64,000 nucleotides of DNA from Bacteroidota bacterium (GTDB lineage: Bacteria; Bacteroidota; Ignavibacteria; Ignavibacteriales; Ignavibacteriaceae): assembly GCA_021831685.1 (NCBI GenBank), contig JAKBMG010000199.1:2100-66099 (forward strand), read 5' to 3'. The notes beneath the pieces were generated by a model. The model saw only the letters and a list, made by a program, of their open reading frames with translations, had not been told where the DNA came from and did no database searches. The position numbers and the translations under genes are program-made. The first letter of the stretch is position 1. Each line of letters opens with the position of its first letter. This document shows, one piece after another, positions 46,981 to 57,501 of this stretch.

Positions 46981-49900
46981 TTAGTTATTAACTATCTCCG
47001 GAGAAATTACTTCTTCTTTTTGCTTTCTTCGTAAAAAAGCTTTTAGCTTTACCTGCCAGGTTTCAACTTTAACATACATAACAGGTACAAGAATCAGGGT
47101 TAAAAACATTGAGCTTAAAAGTCCACCAATTATAGACCAGGCAAGTCCCGACTTCCATTCCGAACCGGCATCGGTAGCGAGTGCAAGCGGAAGCATTCCA
47201 ATTACCATTGCTGTTGTGGTCATTAGGATTGGTCTTATTCTGCTTTCTCCGGCTTCAATTAAGGCATCATAAGTCGATTTTCCTTGTTCCTGGTTGTGTT
47301 TTGTACGGTCAACAAGAAGGATTGCATTTTTACCGACCAATCCGACAAGCATTATTATCCCTAAAATTGAAAATATACTAAGAGATTTCATTGTGAGCGC
47401 AAGAGCAAGGAATGCTCCTACCATTGCAACAGGGATTGAGAAAAAGATAACAAACGGATCAACGTAAGAATTATATAGTGCAACCATAATCATATAAACA
47501 AAAATTAGTGCAGCGATTAATGCAAGTCCCAAGCTTCCAAATGAGTCGGATTGATTTTTCAGATCTCCCCAATAAGCTATATCGACACCAGCAGGAAGTT
47601 TTTCTTTTGCCATCGCTTTTTTAATATCATCTCCAACGCTTCCGCTCGGTCTCCCGATGACTTGAGAATATACAGTAACCGCACTGATACGGTTCATTCT
47701 TTGCAAGTTAGTTGGACCAGTGGTTTGATAAATATTTGCAAATTGCTGGAGTTCTATTGTTTGTCCTTGGTTATTTACAAAAGTCATCTGTTTTAGATCA
47801 GAGATTTTTGATCTATCAAATTTATCAAGAGACACAAGAATATTATAATCGTCATTTCCGTCTCTATATTTTGCGTCATCATTTCCTTGCATGGCTACTT
47901 GAAGTGTTGCTCCTACATCAGCAATTGACAAGCCAAAATCAGCGAGCTTCTGTCGGTCGATATCAACACGCGTTTCTGGGTTTCCGACCTCAGTAGACAA
48001 TCGAACATCTGCAGTACCGGGTACCTTTTTTACAACGCTTTCAAGAAGCAAAGCAGATTTCATAACATCATCCCGGTTAGGACCATTAACAATTAATTGA
48101 ATCGGTGTTTGGTTAGCTGTTCCAAAGATACCGATTGGATTTACTCGCACTTTTAATCCCGGGATTTTTTGAGCAAATTGTTTTATCTGCTCACCAATTT
48201 GATCGCTTGAAAGCTTCCTTTGATCTTTTTGGGTAAGCTCAACATCTAATTCCGAAGTATTACTTGAAGACTGTCCAATTAAGCCTTCATTAGATGCACC
48301 TACCTCCACGAAAACTTTTTTTACCTCAGGCAGGTTATTAATATACCGTTCAATTTTTTGCGTAACAAAATTAGTATTATCGAGCGTATAATCGGGTGGT
48401 AACTCAAGGATAACTGCAAATTCACCTCTGTCTGATTGAGTTATAAATTCAGCTCCGATAAAGCCCAGTGGGACTAATGATAGAGACGCTATAAATAAGA
48501 CAAAGGAGATGGTGATTACTTTCCACTTATTTTTAAGACTCCACTTCAAGATATTTATATACTGTTCGACCACCTTATGGAAATATTTTTCAAAGAGCAA
48601 AGCAAATTTGCCAATTACTGTTTTACCGGAAAGCCTTTCAAGCTTGCTTATTCTTGAAGCAAGAAGCGGAGTCACTGTAAAAGAGACAAATAAACTAAGT
48701 AAAGTCGAGATAACAACTACAACGGCAAACTCCCTAATAATATTTCCTATCAATCCCCCAGTTAAAGCAAGTGGAACATATATTACTATATCAACCATTG
48801 TAATAGAAAGTGCAGCAAAACCAATTTCATTTCGACCTTTTATTGCCGCTGTTTTTGGTTCTTCACCCTTTTCGAGATGATGGTAAATATTTTCAATAAC
48901 TACGATCGAGTCATCAACCAATATTCCAACCACGAGAGACAGTCCTAATAATGTCATTAAGTTAAGAGTAAAACCTGCGAGGTACATTACAATAAATGTC
49001 GATAATATTGACGCGGGAATTGCAAGCATAACAATAAAAGAATTTCTTAAACTGTGAAGGAACAAAAGCATAACAATTGCGACTAAGATTACTGCAAGAA
49101 GTAGATCGAACTTTACTCCGTTAGCAGCATCAATTGTAAATAGTGACCCATCTTGAGCAATATTAAACTTAATATTTTCAGTATGATAATCCTTTTCAAT
49201 TTTTTTTAGCTCAGCTCGAACTAATCTGCTTACATCTACTGCATTTGCGTCTGTTTGTTTCTGAACAAGGATACCAACAGAAGTTATTCCGTTGATTCTA
49301 TTAATGGTTGAATATTCTTTGTGCCCATCTTCGACTTCAGCAATATCCGAAAGCTTAATATTACCGCCGTCTTTAGATTTGGATATAATAAGATTTCTAA
49401 TTGCATTGACTGATTTGAATTTTCCCGCAAGCCTAACAATTAATTGAGATTGGTCGTTTTGAAGTTTACCGGTAGGAAAATCTAAATTTGAATTTTTTAT
49501 AGCACTAAGCACCTGAAGCACAGATAATCGATAATTCTGAAGTTTACCTGCATTTAGGTTTACTCTAATTTCTCTTTGGTCACCGCCGATTAATGTAACC
49601 TGCCCTACACCGGCGACTTTAGAAATTCTTGGCTGAATTCTGTCAACAATAAACTGATAAAATTTAGTTGAGGGCATATTGCTTGTTACACCCATTCTTA
49701 AAATCGGAACTTCATCTAAAGCAAATTTCGAAATTGAAGGAGTCTTTACATCAACGGGGAAAGTGTTTAATATTTCATTTACTTTTCTTTGAGCTGTTTG
49801 TAACTCAAGATCAACATCAGCGGATTGATTAAATTGTATAGTAACGAAAGAAACTCCTTCTTGCGAAGTTGAATTTATATTATCAATTTGATCGAGAGTT

Positions 49901-50121
49901 GATACGGCATCTTCTATGGGTTTTGTAACTGAATTCTCAACTTCATTAGGGGAAGCTCCCGGATAAATTGTTGCGATTGTAATTATCGGCGGTGATATTT
50001 TGGGAAGTAATTCATAGTTTAACTGCGTGTAGCTGTATATTCCGAGTAAAGCCAACGCGGCAAAAACTACAACCACAAGAGATGGTCTTTTTATGGATAA
50101 TTCTGTAATCGTCATGTTCAA
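46981..50121 (-). CDS. RND efflux transporter permease (AcrB/HAE1-like)
   Basis: 1046 aa, a 12-TM RND architecture with two large periplasmic loops and a typical N-terminus (ELSIKRPSLVVVVFAALALLG). Confidence 0.92.
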   Translation of the reverse strand: MNMTITELSIKRPSLVVVVFAALALLGIYSYTQLNYELLPKISPPIITIATIYPGASPNEVENSVTKPIEDAVSTLDQIDNINSTSQEGVSFVTIQFNQSADVDLELQTAQRKVNEILNTFPVDVKTPSISKFALDEVPILRMGVTSNMPSTKFYQFIVDRIQPRISKVAGVGQVTLIGGDQREIRVNLNAGKLQNYRLSVLQVLSAIKNSNLDFPTGKLQNDQSQLIVRLAGKFKSVNAIRNLIISKSKDGGNIKLSDIAEVEDGHKEYSTINRINGITSVGILVQKQTDANAVDVSRLVRAELKKIEKDYHTENIKFNIAQDGSLFTIDAANGVKFDLLLAVILVAIVMLLFLHSLRNSFIVMLAIPASILSTFIVMYLAGFTLNLMTLLGLSLVVGILVDDSIVVIENIYHHLEKGEEPKTAAIKGRNEIGFAALSITMVDIVIYVPLALTGGLIGNIIREFAVVVVISTLLSLFVSFTVTPLLASRISKLERLSGKTVIGKFALLFEKYFHKVVEQYINILKWSLKNKWKVITISFVLFIASLSLVPLGFIGAEFITQSDRGEFAVILELPPDYTLDNTNFVTQKIERYINNLPEVKKVFVEVGASNEGLIGQSSSNTSELDVELTQKDQRKLSSDQIGEQIKQFAQKIPGLKVRVNPIGIFGTANQTPIQLIVNGPNRDDVMKSALLLESVVKKVPGTADVRLSTEVGNPETRVDIDRQKLADFGLSIADVGATLQVAMQGNDDAKYRDGNDDYNILVSLDKFDRSKISDLKQMTFVNNQGQTIELQQFANIYQTTGPTNLQRMNRISAVTVYSQVIGRPSGSVGDDIKKAMAKEKLPAGVDIAYWGDLKNQSDSFGSLGLALIAALIFVYMIMVALYNSYVDPFVIFFSIPVAMVGAFLALALTMKSLSIFSILGIIMLVGLVGKNAILLVDRTKHNQEQGKSTYDALIEAGESRIRPILMTTTAMVIGMLPLALATDAGSEWKSGLAWSIIGGLLSSMFLTLILVPVMYVKVETWQVKLKAFLRRKQKEEVISPEIVNN

Positions 50122-50168
50122 AACTCCTTGTTAACTTTATATCATCAGTGTATGAAAGAAGACAATAA

Positions 50169-51218
50169 TTAATTTACAATATTCACTTTGCTGCTGTCTT
50201 GTAAATTATTTTGTCCGTTGACAACTATTGTATCGCCTTCATTCAATCCGCTAAGAACTTCGAGATAATTATTATATGTGTTACCAATTATTATATTTCT
50301 TAACCTAGCAACGCCGTCATTCACTACAAAAACTTGCGCTTGTTGCACGCTTCCTATCAATGATAAGCGCGGTATCAAAAGCCTATTACCGTTTGTTTCG
50401 GAATGGAAAACAACGCGGGCAAACATTCCAGCCTTTAGCGGATGTTCTTTGCTGTTTGATAAGTCAACTTCAACGGGATATGTATGGGCAGCATCGCCTT
50501 TATCGCTAATTGTTTTTATGACGCCCGGGAAAATTACACCGGGATAAATGTCAGTTGTTACATCAACTTTGTCTCCAACTTTAAGTTTGAAGACATCATG
50601 TTCATCAACGTTAAGATTAATTTTTAATTCTGAAATATCTACCACATCGGCTACAACAGTTTTACTGAAAACATAATCGCCAAAGTCGGCTGTTCGTGAG
50701 GTCACTATGCCTGAAATCGGAGTTGAAACTTTTGTATCGTTATATTGTTTTTGAGCAATAACAAATTGATCGTTGGCTGTTTGATATGCAAGCTTAGCGC
50801 CTTCAAGCTGAGAATCGGTTACAGATTTTTCATTGTATAATTCTTGAAATCTCTCATAATCTTTTTTTGATTTATCTAGATTTACTTTAGCAGCTTTTAA
50901 TGCGGCGCTAGTAAGTTCGTCATCAATTTGAATTATCGTTGATCCTGCTGGTATATAATCCCCAACATTTGCCAAAACTTTTGTTACTTTGCCTTGGGCT
51001 TCAGATACAATTGCTACATCGTTATAGGCGGCTATATTTCCCACAAGATCAATACTATTTGTAATAATCTTCTTAGAGACTATGGTAATATTTACGGGAA
51101 ATGAATTTAAGGTTTGATTTTTGGTTTCAGCCTTAATTTTTGCCCTATTATGAAATAATATTGCGATTATTACAATTAGAATTATTGTAGCTGCTGAATA
51201 AATTTTAAGTCTTTTCAT
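50169..51218 (-). CDS. RND efflux periplasmic adaptor (membrane fusion protein)
   Basis: N-terminal anchor, a coiled-coil hairpin (LKAAKVNLDKSKKDYERFQELY...) and lipoyl/beta-barrel motifs (STPISGIVTS). Confidence 0.88.
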   Translation of the reverse strand: MKRLKIYSAATIILIVIIAILFHNRAKIKAETKNQTLNSFPVNITIVSKKIITNSIDLVGNIAAYNDVAIVSEAQGKVTKVLANVGDYIPAGSTIIQIDDELTSAALKAAKVNLDKSKKDYERFQELYNEKSVTDSQLEGAKLAYQTANDQFVIAQKQYNDTKVSTPISGIVTSRTADFGDYVFSKTVVADVVDISELKINLNVDEHDVFKLKVGDKVDVTTDIYPGVIFPGVIKTISDKGDAAHTYPVEVDLSNSKEHPLKAGMFARVVFHSETNGNRLLIPRLSLIGSVQQAQVFVVNDGVARLRNIIIGNTYNNYLEVLSGLNEGDTIVVNGQNNLQDSSKVNIVN

Positions 51219-51238
51219 TTTTTCCTCTTAATAAATTT

Positions 51239-52561
51239 CTATTTTGTACCTATTGATCTTTGGATTCTTGCAACTGCAAGTTCATAATCTGCCAAAGATT
51301 GAATTTGATTTGTTTTAGCCTGAAGTAAAGCAGTTTCTGCATCAAGAAGCTCAGAATTTAATGCTAAACCTTGCTTAAACTTATCGTCGGTAACGCGATA
51401 ATTTTCTTCCGCCTGTGAAACCGTTTGTTCTGCTACCAAAATCTTTTCTTTTGCTTTAATCATGTTGTAATAATCTTGTGTTACTTCGAGAGTAATCGCA
51501 TCCCGCATAGATTTAAGACCGTCGTTCGACTGTTCATATTGAGCTTCTGCTTGGGTGGTTTGATCTTTAGTTGCTCCCCAATTCCAGATATTAAAAGATA
51601 GTCCTATTCCGACATCCCATGTTGCATCAAACTGGTTATGGCTTGGTAATATTCTTTGATTTGGTTTAGAGTAATAATAATTTCCAGTCAAATAAATTTG
51701 TGGATACCAGTTTGATTGCGCTAAGGCAATGCCTGTTTTGCTTGCTTCCACTTGGTATTCTAATGCTTTTAGATCAGGGCGATTTCGGATAGCTTCTTTT
51801 ATTAATTGGGTTAAATCATATTCGGTATTATTACTCACACTAACGTTTTGAGGAATCTGTAAATCTGTTGATAATGGAAGTCCGATAATGTTATCAAGAT
51901 TTACTATCGCTATTTTTACTGAATTCTTGGCGTCAATTTGTTGAAGCTGAATTTCAGAGAGTTGCACTTCAACTTTAAGAACATCATTCTTTGTTGAAAG
52001 TCCCTGTTTAAAGAAATTTTGGATATCCGCAAGATGTGCTTTAACTTGTAGAAAATTATCGTCGACTGCTTTCTTTAGTTTTTCAGCGCTGAATAAACCC
52101 CAGTATGCGTTTTTAATATTCAGAATTAAATTCTGCTCGTCTTGCGTGTATTGTTGTTTTGCTGCAAGAGAGTTATCCTCGGCTATTTTAGAGCTGCTTG
52201 ATAATTTAAAGCCTGTGAACAGGGGCTGTTGAAGTGATAATTTAAGATTATAATTATCTAAGATCGAGGGTGAAATAGTAAAAACACCAAAAGGTGTTGC
52301 AACTGCAAATGGATTAACCGGGCTAAGATGTGTATAAGAAGCATTTAAGGAAAGCGAAGGAAGCCGCAAAGTATTTATTGCGCTTAAATTTGCTTCGGCA
52401 GAAAGTACTTTCATTTTTGACGAATGAAGCGTCTTACTATTTTGCAAACCAATTTGTATTCCTTCTTCCAGTGTTATTTCTTTTTGCTGCGCAAATGCAG
52501 AAGAAGACACTAGAATTCCTGCAAATAATGTAATTATAAATTTATTTATTTTTTGCTTCAT
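51239..52561 (-). CDS. TolC-family outer membrane efflux protein
   Basis: Signal peptide from the internal Met (MKQKINKFIITLFAGILVSSSAFAQQ) and a duplicated OEP repeat structure. The 58-codon extension to 52735 would overlap the TetR gene and looks spurious. Confidence 0.85.
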   Translation of the reverse strand: MKQKINKFIITLFAGILVSSSAFAQQKEITLEEGIQIGLQNSKTLHSSKMKVLSAEANLSAINTLRLPSLSLNASYTHLSPVNPFAVATPFGVFTISPSILDNYNLKLSLQQPLFTGFKLSSSSKIAEDNSLAAKQQYTQDEQNLILNIKNAYWGLFSAEKLKKAVDDNFLQVKAHLADIQNFFKQGLSTKNDVLKVEVQLSEIQLQQIDAKNSVKIAIVNLDNIIGLPLSTDLQIPQNVSVSNNTEYDLTQLIKEAIRNRPDLKALEYQVEASKTGIALAQSNWYPQIYLTGNYYYSKPNQRILPSHNQFDATWDVGIGLSFNIWNWGATKDQTTQAEAQYEQSNDGLKSMRDAITLEVTQDYYNMIKAKEKILVAEQTVSQAEENYRVTDDKFKQGLALNSELLDAETALLQAKTNQIQSLADYELAVARIQRSIGTK

Positions 52562-52568
52562 TAATATT

Positions 52569-53204
52569 TTACTCCTTAATTTCGTGGTCATCATTTTTAT
52601 ATGAAGTATACTTTGTCCTTCCCTCTTCGGTAAGAATTCCCTCAAAGAGAATTTTGAAAATTGCTTCAACTGCCTGGTTTTCTGAGTATGGAAGCTGTGA
52701 TAAGGTTTCGGGGTTGACAATTCCCTGCACAGCACTTGTGAACATGAGAAGTATTATGTCCTTCCCGATGTCATTCCTGAATACTCGGTTTTCAACGCCG
52801 CTTATAAAAATGTCCTCTGCTTTTTTCAAATTTCTTATTTTTTTATATTCACGAATTATATTCCACAAGTCAGGAATATTTTTTTGAATGTCTTCGAATA
52901 ACGGTCCGGTTGACTTTGAAGATTCTTTTCCTATAAAGTCCAGCATCTTTTTTAGTTTGCCGACAAAGTCTATACCTTCTTCTGCCCATATTTTATTGAT
53001 TTGCTCTTCGCTGTTGCAGATTCTATTATTTGTTAATTCTCTAACCAAATTTTCTTTGCTTGAAAAAAATTTATACAGAGTTTTCTTGCTCATTCCCAAA
53101 CCTGAAGCGATTTCTTCCATCGTAACTTTTGCATAACCAAATTGAAGGAACATTTGCTCCGCCTTTTCCAGGATTCTTTCCTTCATATCCTTTTCATCTA
53201 ACAT
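52569..53204 (-). CDS. TetR/AcrR-family transcriptional regulator
   Basis: N-terminal HTH (FGYAKVTMEEIASGLGMSKKTLYKFFSSKENL). It is the first gene of the TetR-TolC-MFP-RND operon. Confidence 0.88.
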   Translation of the reverse strand: MLDEKDMKERILEKAEQMFLQFGYAKVTMEEIASGLGMSKKTLYKFFSSKENLVRELTNNRICNSEEQINKIWAEEGIDFVGKLKKMLDFIGKESSKSTGPLFEDIQKNIPDLWNIIREYKKIRNLKKAEDIFISGVENRVFRNDIGKDIILLMFTSAVQGIVNPETLSQLPYSENQAVEAIFKILFEGILTEEGRTKYTSYKNDDHEIKE

Positions 53205-53302
53205 TATATTTTCCTTTCATTAGAAAACGTTTTCCGTTTACCTGGTTTCCCAGAGGCGAAAAAAATTGCAGTCTGGGACTGCTTTATTAATAAGATTTCC
53301 AC

Positions 53303-53336
53303 TTTGGAAACCAATAGTGTTTATCTGGTTTCCAAA
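53303..53336. promoter_or_regulatory. candidate TetR operator (perfect 11-bp inverted repeat)
   Basis: TTTGGAAACCA-N12-TGGTTTCCAAA lies upstream of the TetR gene. The related half-site CCTGGTTTCC occurs at 53241-53250 and the palindrome GAAAACGTTTTC at 53223-53234. Confidence 0.5.
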
Positions 53337-53438
53337 ATAAATAAAAATATTCCATTTTGTCAAGAATTGATGTGAAAAAATTTTGGGAGGGCAGAAGGTT
53401 GTGATAGATGTCAAGAATTAAGTATGAAAGGGAATTGT

Positions 53439-55001
53439 TTATTCAGCTTGCATGTTTGCTTCATAGACATCGCGGAATTTTTTAATTGCATCAAAAATCC
53501 CTTCAGCAATATTTGTTTGACCGGTATTACTGTTAAGATAGTGCGCATCCTTAGGATTAGACAAAAATCCTGTCTCAATTAGCACACTGGGCATAGAAGC
53601 GCCGACAAGAACATAGAATCCTGCTTGTTTAACGCCTCGTGGTTCTTCCGATACTTTTTTTGCCATTTCTTTATCGACGAAAGAGGCAAATTGTTCCGAA
53701 TAACGCATGTAGGCTGCTTGAGCCATACTCACAAGAATAAAATTTTCATCTGTGAGTTTTTTATAACGCTCCGGATTATCTTCATATTTAATTACGCTAT
53801 TTTCTCTTGAAGCAATAGAAATTGCTTCTTTAGTTCTGCCAGGTCTTAAAAGATAAACTTCAAAACCATTACTGCTGCTTGGTTTATGCGGTGTCGCATT
53901 GCAGTGAATAGATATAAAAAGTTTCCCTCCATTTTCATTAGCAATTTGACCACGCCTGTATAGCTCAACAAATTTATCTGTCTTTCGCGTAAAAACTACT
54001 TTTACATCTTTCATATTTTTTCTAATATCTGCTCCAAGCTTTAACGCTATTGCAAGATTAATATTTTTTTCTTCTATACCATCAACGCCGATTGTACCGG
54101 AATCTTTTCCGCCATGCCCCGGATCAATAACAATTACGTTGAAATCCCATTTTGCCTTTTCTTTATTAAGACTAAGATTTTTATCAAAAATCTTATTATG
54201 TAGAGCAATTAAAATATCGTTGCTGCCGTTGTCGTTCATTACCTCACTGCTTGTATATTCCTTTTTCAAATAGAATTTTAACTCAGCACCAGATTGCAGA
54301 TTTTTTGCTTCGATCCTCTGTATTATTCCTTGCTCCCCGGTTCTATCTATTTTGGTAATGTCGGCATTAACTTTCCTAAAAATGATTGTAAGGATTCCGT
54401 TCTTAAATGAACTGCTGTATGCAGGAATTTTAATTTTACTTTTAACGCGTACCAAAGTTCCGTTTGCTTTTTCTTCAAGAGAAATACCAGTAATATCATA
54501 ATTACTTTTGGGAACAGTTTCGCTTTTTACAACTTCCGCCGGTTGATCTTTCCTGAGACTGAAGTTATTTAATGTAAGAATATTATTTTCTTTCTCTATG
54601 GATAATTCCGCCTTTAAAAATTGCTGTAAAACTTTCAGACTATATTTCAGAGGAATAAATATCTGTCCGCCGATGAAATAAGTAGAAGTGGGAAGCTGGA
54701 TAATTTTTGTGTCATCCTTTGATTTTGAATAATAAATAATAAAAGGATTTTTTGAAGTGAAATAAATTTTATTCCCGTTATTTAGAAGCTCTATTTTTTC
54801 TGATTCGGGATTATAATGGTAGTCTAACGAAAGGGCATCAGCGAAGGGTTTTATGGCTATATAGATTGTTCCTTCGCGATTATAAACCGGAAGTGAGCTT
54901 TTACTTCCGTTTACCATAAAATTAATTCTGTTGATTGATTGGGCAAAAGAAGAAGCTGTAAGAATCAAAACGAAAATGAATAATATTTTGGGTTTCATCA
55001 T
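53439..55001 (-). CDS. N-acetylmuramoyl-L-alanine amidase (Amidase_3) with N-terminal targeting domains
   Basis: Signal peptide and the C-terminal catalytic domain VIVIDPGHGGKDSGTIG...FISIHCNA...LIETGFLSN. Confidence 0.85.
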   Translation of the reverse strand: MMKPKILFIFVLILTASSFAQSINRINFMVNGSKSSLPVYNREGTIYIAIKPFADALSLDYHYNPESEKIELLNNGNKIYFTSKNPFIIYYSKSKDDTKIIQLPTSTYFIGGQIFIPLKYSLKVLQQFLKAELSIEKENNILTLNNFSLRKDQPAEVVKSETVPKSNYDITGISLEEKANGTLVRVKSKIKIPAYSSSFKNGILTIIFRKVNADITKIDRTGEQGIIQRIEAKNLQSGAELKFYLKKEYTSSEVMNDNGSNDILIALHNKIFDKNLSLNKEKAKWDFNVIVIDPGHGGKDSGTIGVDGIEEKNINLAIALKLGADIRKNMKDVKVVFTRKTDKFVELYRRGQIANENGGKLFISIHCNATPHKPSSSNGFEVYLLRPGRTKEAISIASRENSVIKYEDNPERYKKLTDENFILVSMAQAAYMRYSEQFASFVDKEMAKKVSEEPRGVKQAGFYVLVGASMPSVLIETGFLSNPKDAHYLNSNTGQTNIAEGIFDAIKKFRDVYEANMQAE

Positions 55002-55014
55002 TTTCTCTAAAACA

Positions 55015-55644
55015 TTAGCCTATAAAGGGAATGAAAAATCCGGTCGTCTTTTTGTAATTCATAAAAGCTTCCTTAAAATTCTTTTCAAGAAGTTTTTCCT
55101 CAAGAGATGCCCGCAAGATTAGTAGCGGAATTTCAATCAAAGCAAGTGGGACAACAATAAAACTTAATACCGCAATGCCAGCACCTAAGTCCATTAAGAT
55201 CTGCGAAATGTACTGGGGATGACGCAAAAATTTGAAAGGACCTTTTGTAACAAGCTGGTGGCTTCTAAAAATTAAAACATCTTGTGAGTAATTTTCACCT
55301 AAAGTTTTAAAAGCCCAGATTTGAAACCATGAAAAGGCGACATAAAATATAAATCCCACTAATCTAAGATTTTCGTTATTACCGGAATAGTTTATTGTTC
55401 CGATTTGAAAAACACCGACAATAATTCCAAGCAAGGTTAAAACAGATAAAATTATCGGCAGTTTTTGTAGATATGTTTGAGGTTTTTCCTTTGAGACGGC
55501 GATGGATGATCTTAAGCCTTTTTTTGCGCTCGAAGCGTTAGCTCCAAAGGTAGCAATAATATTTATTCCTATTAATATGTTGATTGGGTCCATGAGAGAA
55601 TTTAGTCCGTTTTCTTTCCATACTTTTTCATAATTAAAGTCCAT
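55015..55644 (-). CDS. isoprenylcysteine carboxyl methyltransferase (ICMT)-family membrane methyltransferase
   Basis: Multi-TM protein with the LVTKGPFKFLRHPQYISQIL motif. The start may instead be the internal Met at 55590, which would remove the 43-nt overlap with the upstream gene. Confidence 0.7.
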   Translation of the reverse strand: MDFNYEKVWKENGLNSLMDPINILIGINIIATFGANASSAKKGLRSSIAVSKEKPQTYLQKLPIILSVLTLLGIIVGVFQIGTINYSGNNENLRLVGFIFYVAFSWFQIWAFKTLGENYSQDVLIFRSHQLVTKGPFKFLRHPQYISQILMDLGAGIAVLSFIVVPLALIEIPLLILRASLEEKLLEKNFKEAFMNYKKTTGFFIPFIG

Positions 55645-55817
55645 TCTTCAATGCTAAGTTTTTCAGATTCTTCAATCAGCATGATTGGGATATCATCTTC
55701 AATTTTATAACGGCGTCTGGTGTTTTTATCAACAGAGACTAATGTGTTTCCATCTAGAACCAAATCCGTTCTTGATTCGGGACAGCAAAGGATATCTAAC
55801 AAATCTTGGCTTATCAT
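55602..55817 (-). CDS. Trm112/UPF0434-family small protein
   Basis: LLDILCCPESRTDL...YKIEDDIPIMLIEES, the typical Trm112-like sequence. Confidence 0.7.
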   Translation of the reverse strand: MISQDLLDILCCPESRTDLVLDGNTLVSVDKNTRRRYKIEDDIPIMLIEESEKLSIEEWTLIMKKYGKKTD

Positions 55818-55844
55818 ATTAACTCTAATTTTTTGAATATCAAT

Positions 55845-56414
55845 TTAACATAATTTTTTAGATCTAAAACAATCAACTGTGTGATCATTTACCATACCTA
55901 CGGCCTGCATAAAAGCGTAACAAATTGTAGAGCCAACAAACTTGAATCCACGTTTTTTCAAATCAATACTCATTGCATCAGATTCCCGAGTTTTTGTCGG
56001 AATTTCTTTTAAGGATTGCGGTGAATTTTTCTTTGGTTGTCCGCCTACAAACTGCCATATATACTTATCAAAATTGCCAAATTCTTTTTGAACATCTAAA
56101 TACGCTTTTGCGTTTTGAACTGCTGCATTGATTTTTAATTTGTTCCGGATAATTCCTTCGTTTGATAAAAAACTTTCAATTTTCTTTCCATCATAAATGG
56201 CAATTTTCTTTGCGTTGAAGTTATCAAATGCCTTCCGGTAGTTTTCTCTCTTTTTCAAAATAGTTATCCAACTTAAACCAGCTTGTGCTCCTTCAAGAAT
56301 TAAAAATTCAAACAACAGTCTATCATCGTGAACCGGAACACCCCATTCTTCGTCGTGATATTTTAAATAAAGCGGATCGCTTGTCGTCCAACTGCATCGC
56401 TTAATATTTTGCAT
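55845..56414 (-). CDS. tag: DNA-3-methyladenine glycosylase I
   Basis: RCSWTTSDPLYLKYHDEEWGVPVHDD...FEFLILEGAQAGLSW...HTVDCF, including the Tag zinc-snap residues. Confidence 0.9.
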   Translation of the reverse strand: MQNIKRCSWTTSDPLYLKYHDEEWGVPVHDDRLLFEFLILEGAQAGLSWITILKKRENYRKAFDNFNAKKIAIYDGKKIESFLSNEGIIRNKLKINAAVQNAKAYLDVQKEFGNFDKYIWQFVGGQPKKNSPQSLKEIPTKTRESDAMSIDLKKRGFKFVGSTICYAFMQAVGMVNDHTVDCFRSKKLC

Positions 56415-56595
56415 TTCATTTTCATAGTTATTATTTATTAACTGTAAAATTAGTAATTCTTTTTGTGTTAATAAATTCTAATCGGAAAATTCTTACTTTC
56501 ATTATTGAAAGTGAAAATGGGGATTTATTTTGATCTGCACAAATCTTATTCATAATATTTATCTTTGGATAGATCAATAATACGAAAGACATTAT

Positions 56596-57456
56596 ATGAA
56601 AATTTCGGATTTCAAAGTTAAACCAGGTTCAAAGGTTGATTTGTCAAAAATTGACACGTCAAATTCAAGCGGGATAAAATCTAAAGGGGAAGCCAAAAAA
56701 CTTCTAAAGAAAAATGTTGAAAAGATGATTGAACTTCAAGATAAACTTTATGCTGAAGATAAATACTCATTGCTTTTAATTTTTCAGGCAATGGATGCAG
56801 CCGGGAAAGACGGAACAATCAAACACGTAATGAGTGGTCTTAACCCACAAGGCACTCAAGTTACCAGTTTCAAACAGCCGTCTGCCGAAGAATTAGATCA
56901 TCATTATTTCTGGAGAGTAAATAATGCTTTGCCGGAGCGAGGGCGCATTGGAATTTTTAATCGTTCATACTACGAGGAAGTATTGGTAGTTCGAGTTCAT
57001 AACCTTCTTGCGACAGAGAAAATTCCTGCCGAGCTTATTAGTGGAAATATTTGGCAAACCCGTTTCAGAGAAATAAATGATTTCGAGAAAAATCTTTACG
57101 AGAACGGTACGATAATTCTAAAATTCTTTCTTCATCTTTCAAAGGATGAGCAAAAACGCCGTTTCCTTGAAAGGATTGACACCCCCTCAAAAAAATGGAA
57201 GTTCTCTGAAACTGATTTAAAAGAAAGGGGCTTTTGGAATGACTACCAAAAATATTTTGCCGAAGCTATTTCAGCAACAAGCAAGAAGCATGCTCCATGG
57301 TTTATAATCCCTGCGGATGTAAAATGGTTTGCACGTCTTTCAGTTTCTTCAATTATAATCGATACGATGGAAAAGTTAAATCTTCAATATCCAAAATTGA
57401 ATAAGCAACAACTTGAAGACTTAAAAATATGTCAAGAGAAATTGGAAAAAGAATAA
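56596..57456 (+). CDS. ppk2: polyphosphate kinase 2 family protein (polyphosphate:nucleotide phosphotransferase)
   Basis: Walker A-like FQAMDAAGKDGTIKHV, FNRSYYEEVLVVRVH, the lid region and WFIIPAD, all typical of single-domain PPK2. Confidence 0.88.
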   Translation: MKISDFKVKPGSKVDLSKIDTSNSSGIKSKGEAKKLLKKNVEKMIELQDKLYAEDKYSLLLIFQAMDAAGKDGTIKHVMSGLNPQGTQVTSFKQPSAEELDHHYFWRVNNALPERGRIGIFNRSYYEEVLVVRVHNLLATEKIPAELISGNIWQTRFREINDFEKNLYENGTIILKFFLHLSKDEQKRRFLERIDTPSKKWKFSETDLKERGFWNDYQKYFAEAISATSKKHAPWFIIPADVKWFARLSVSSIIIDTMEKLNLQYPKLNKQQLEDLKICQEKLEKE

Positions 57457-57501
57457 CTCGATGATTCTTTTACTATCAAAAATTGTTAGTTAAATTATTC
57501 A

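Noticed and set aside
51239-52735. N-terminal extensions suggested by the longest-ORF track: TolC to 52735, gdh to 2805, the RRM protein to 60263, HtpX to 3708 and the SBP to 22893.
   Set aside because: Internal Mets give canonical signal peptides or family-typical N-termini and remove overlaps with upstream genes. The extensions are compositionally odd.
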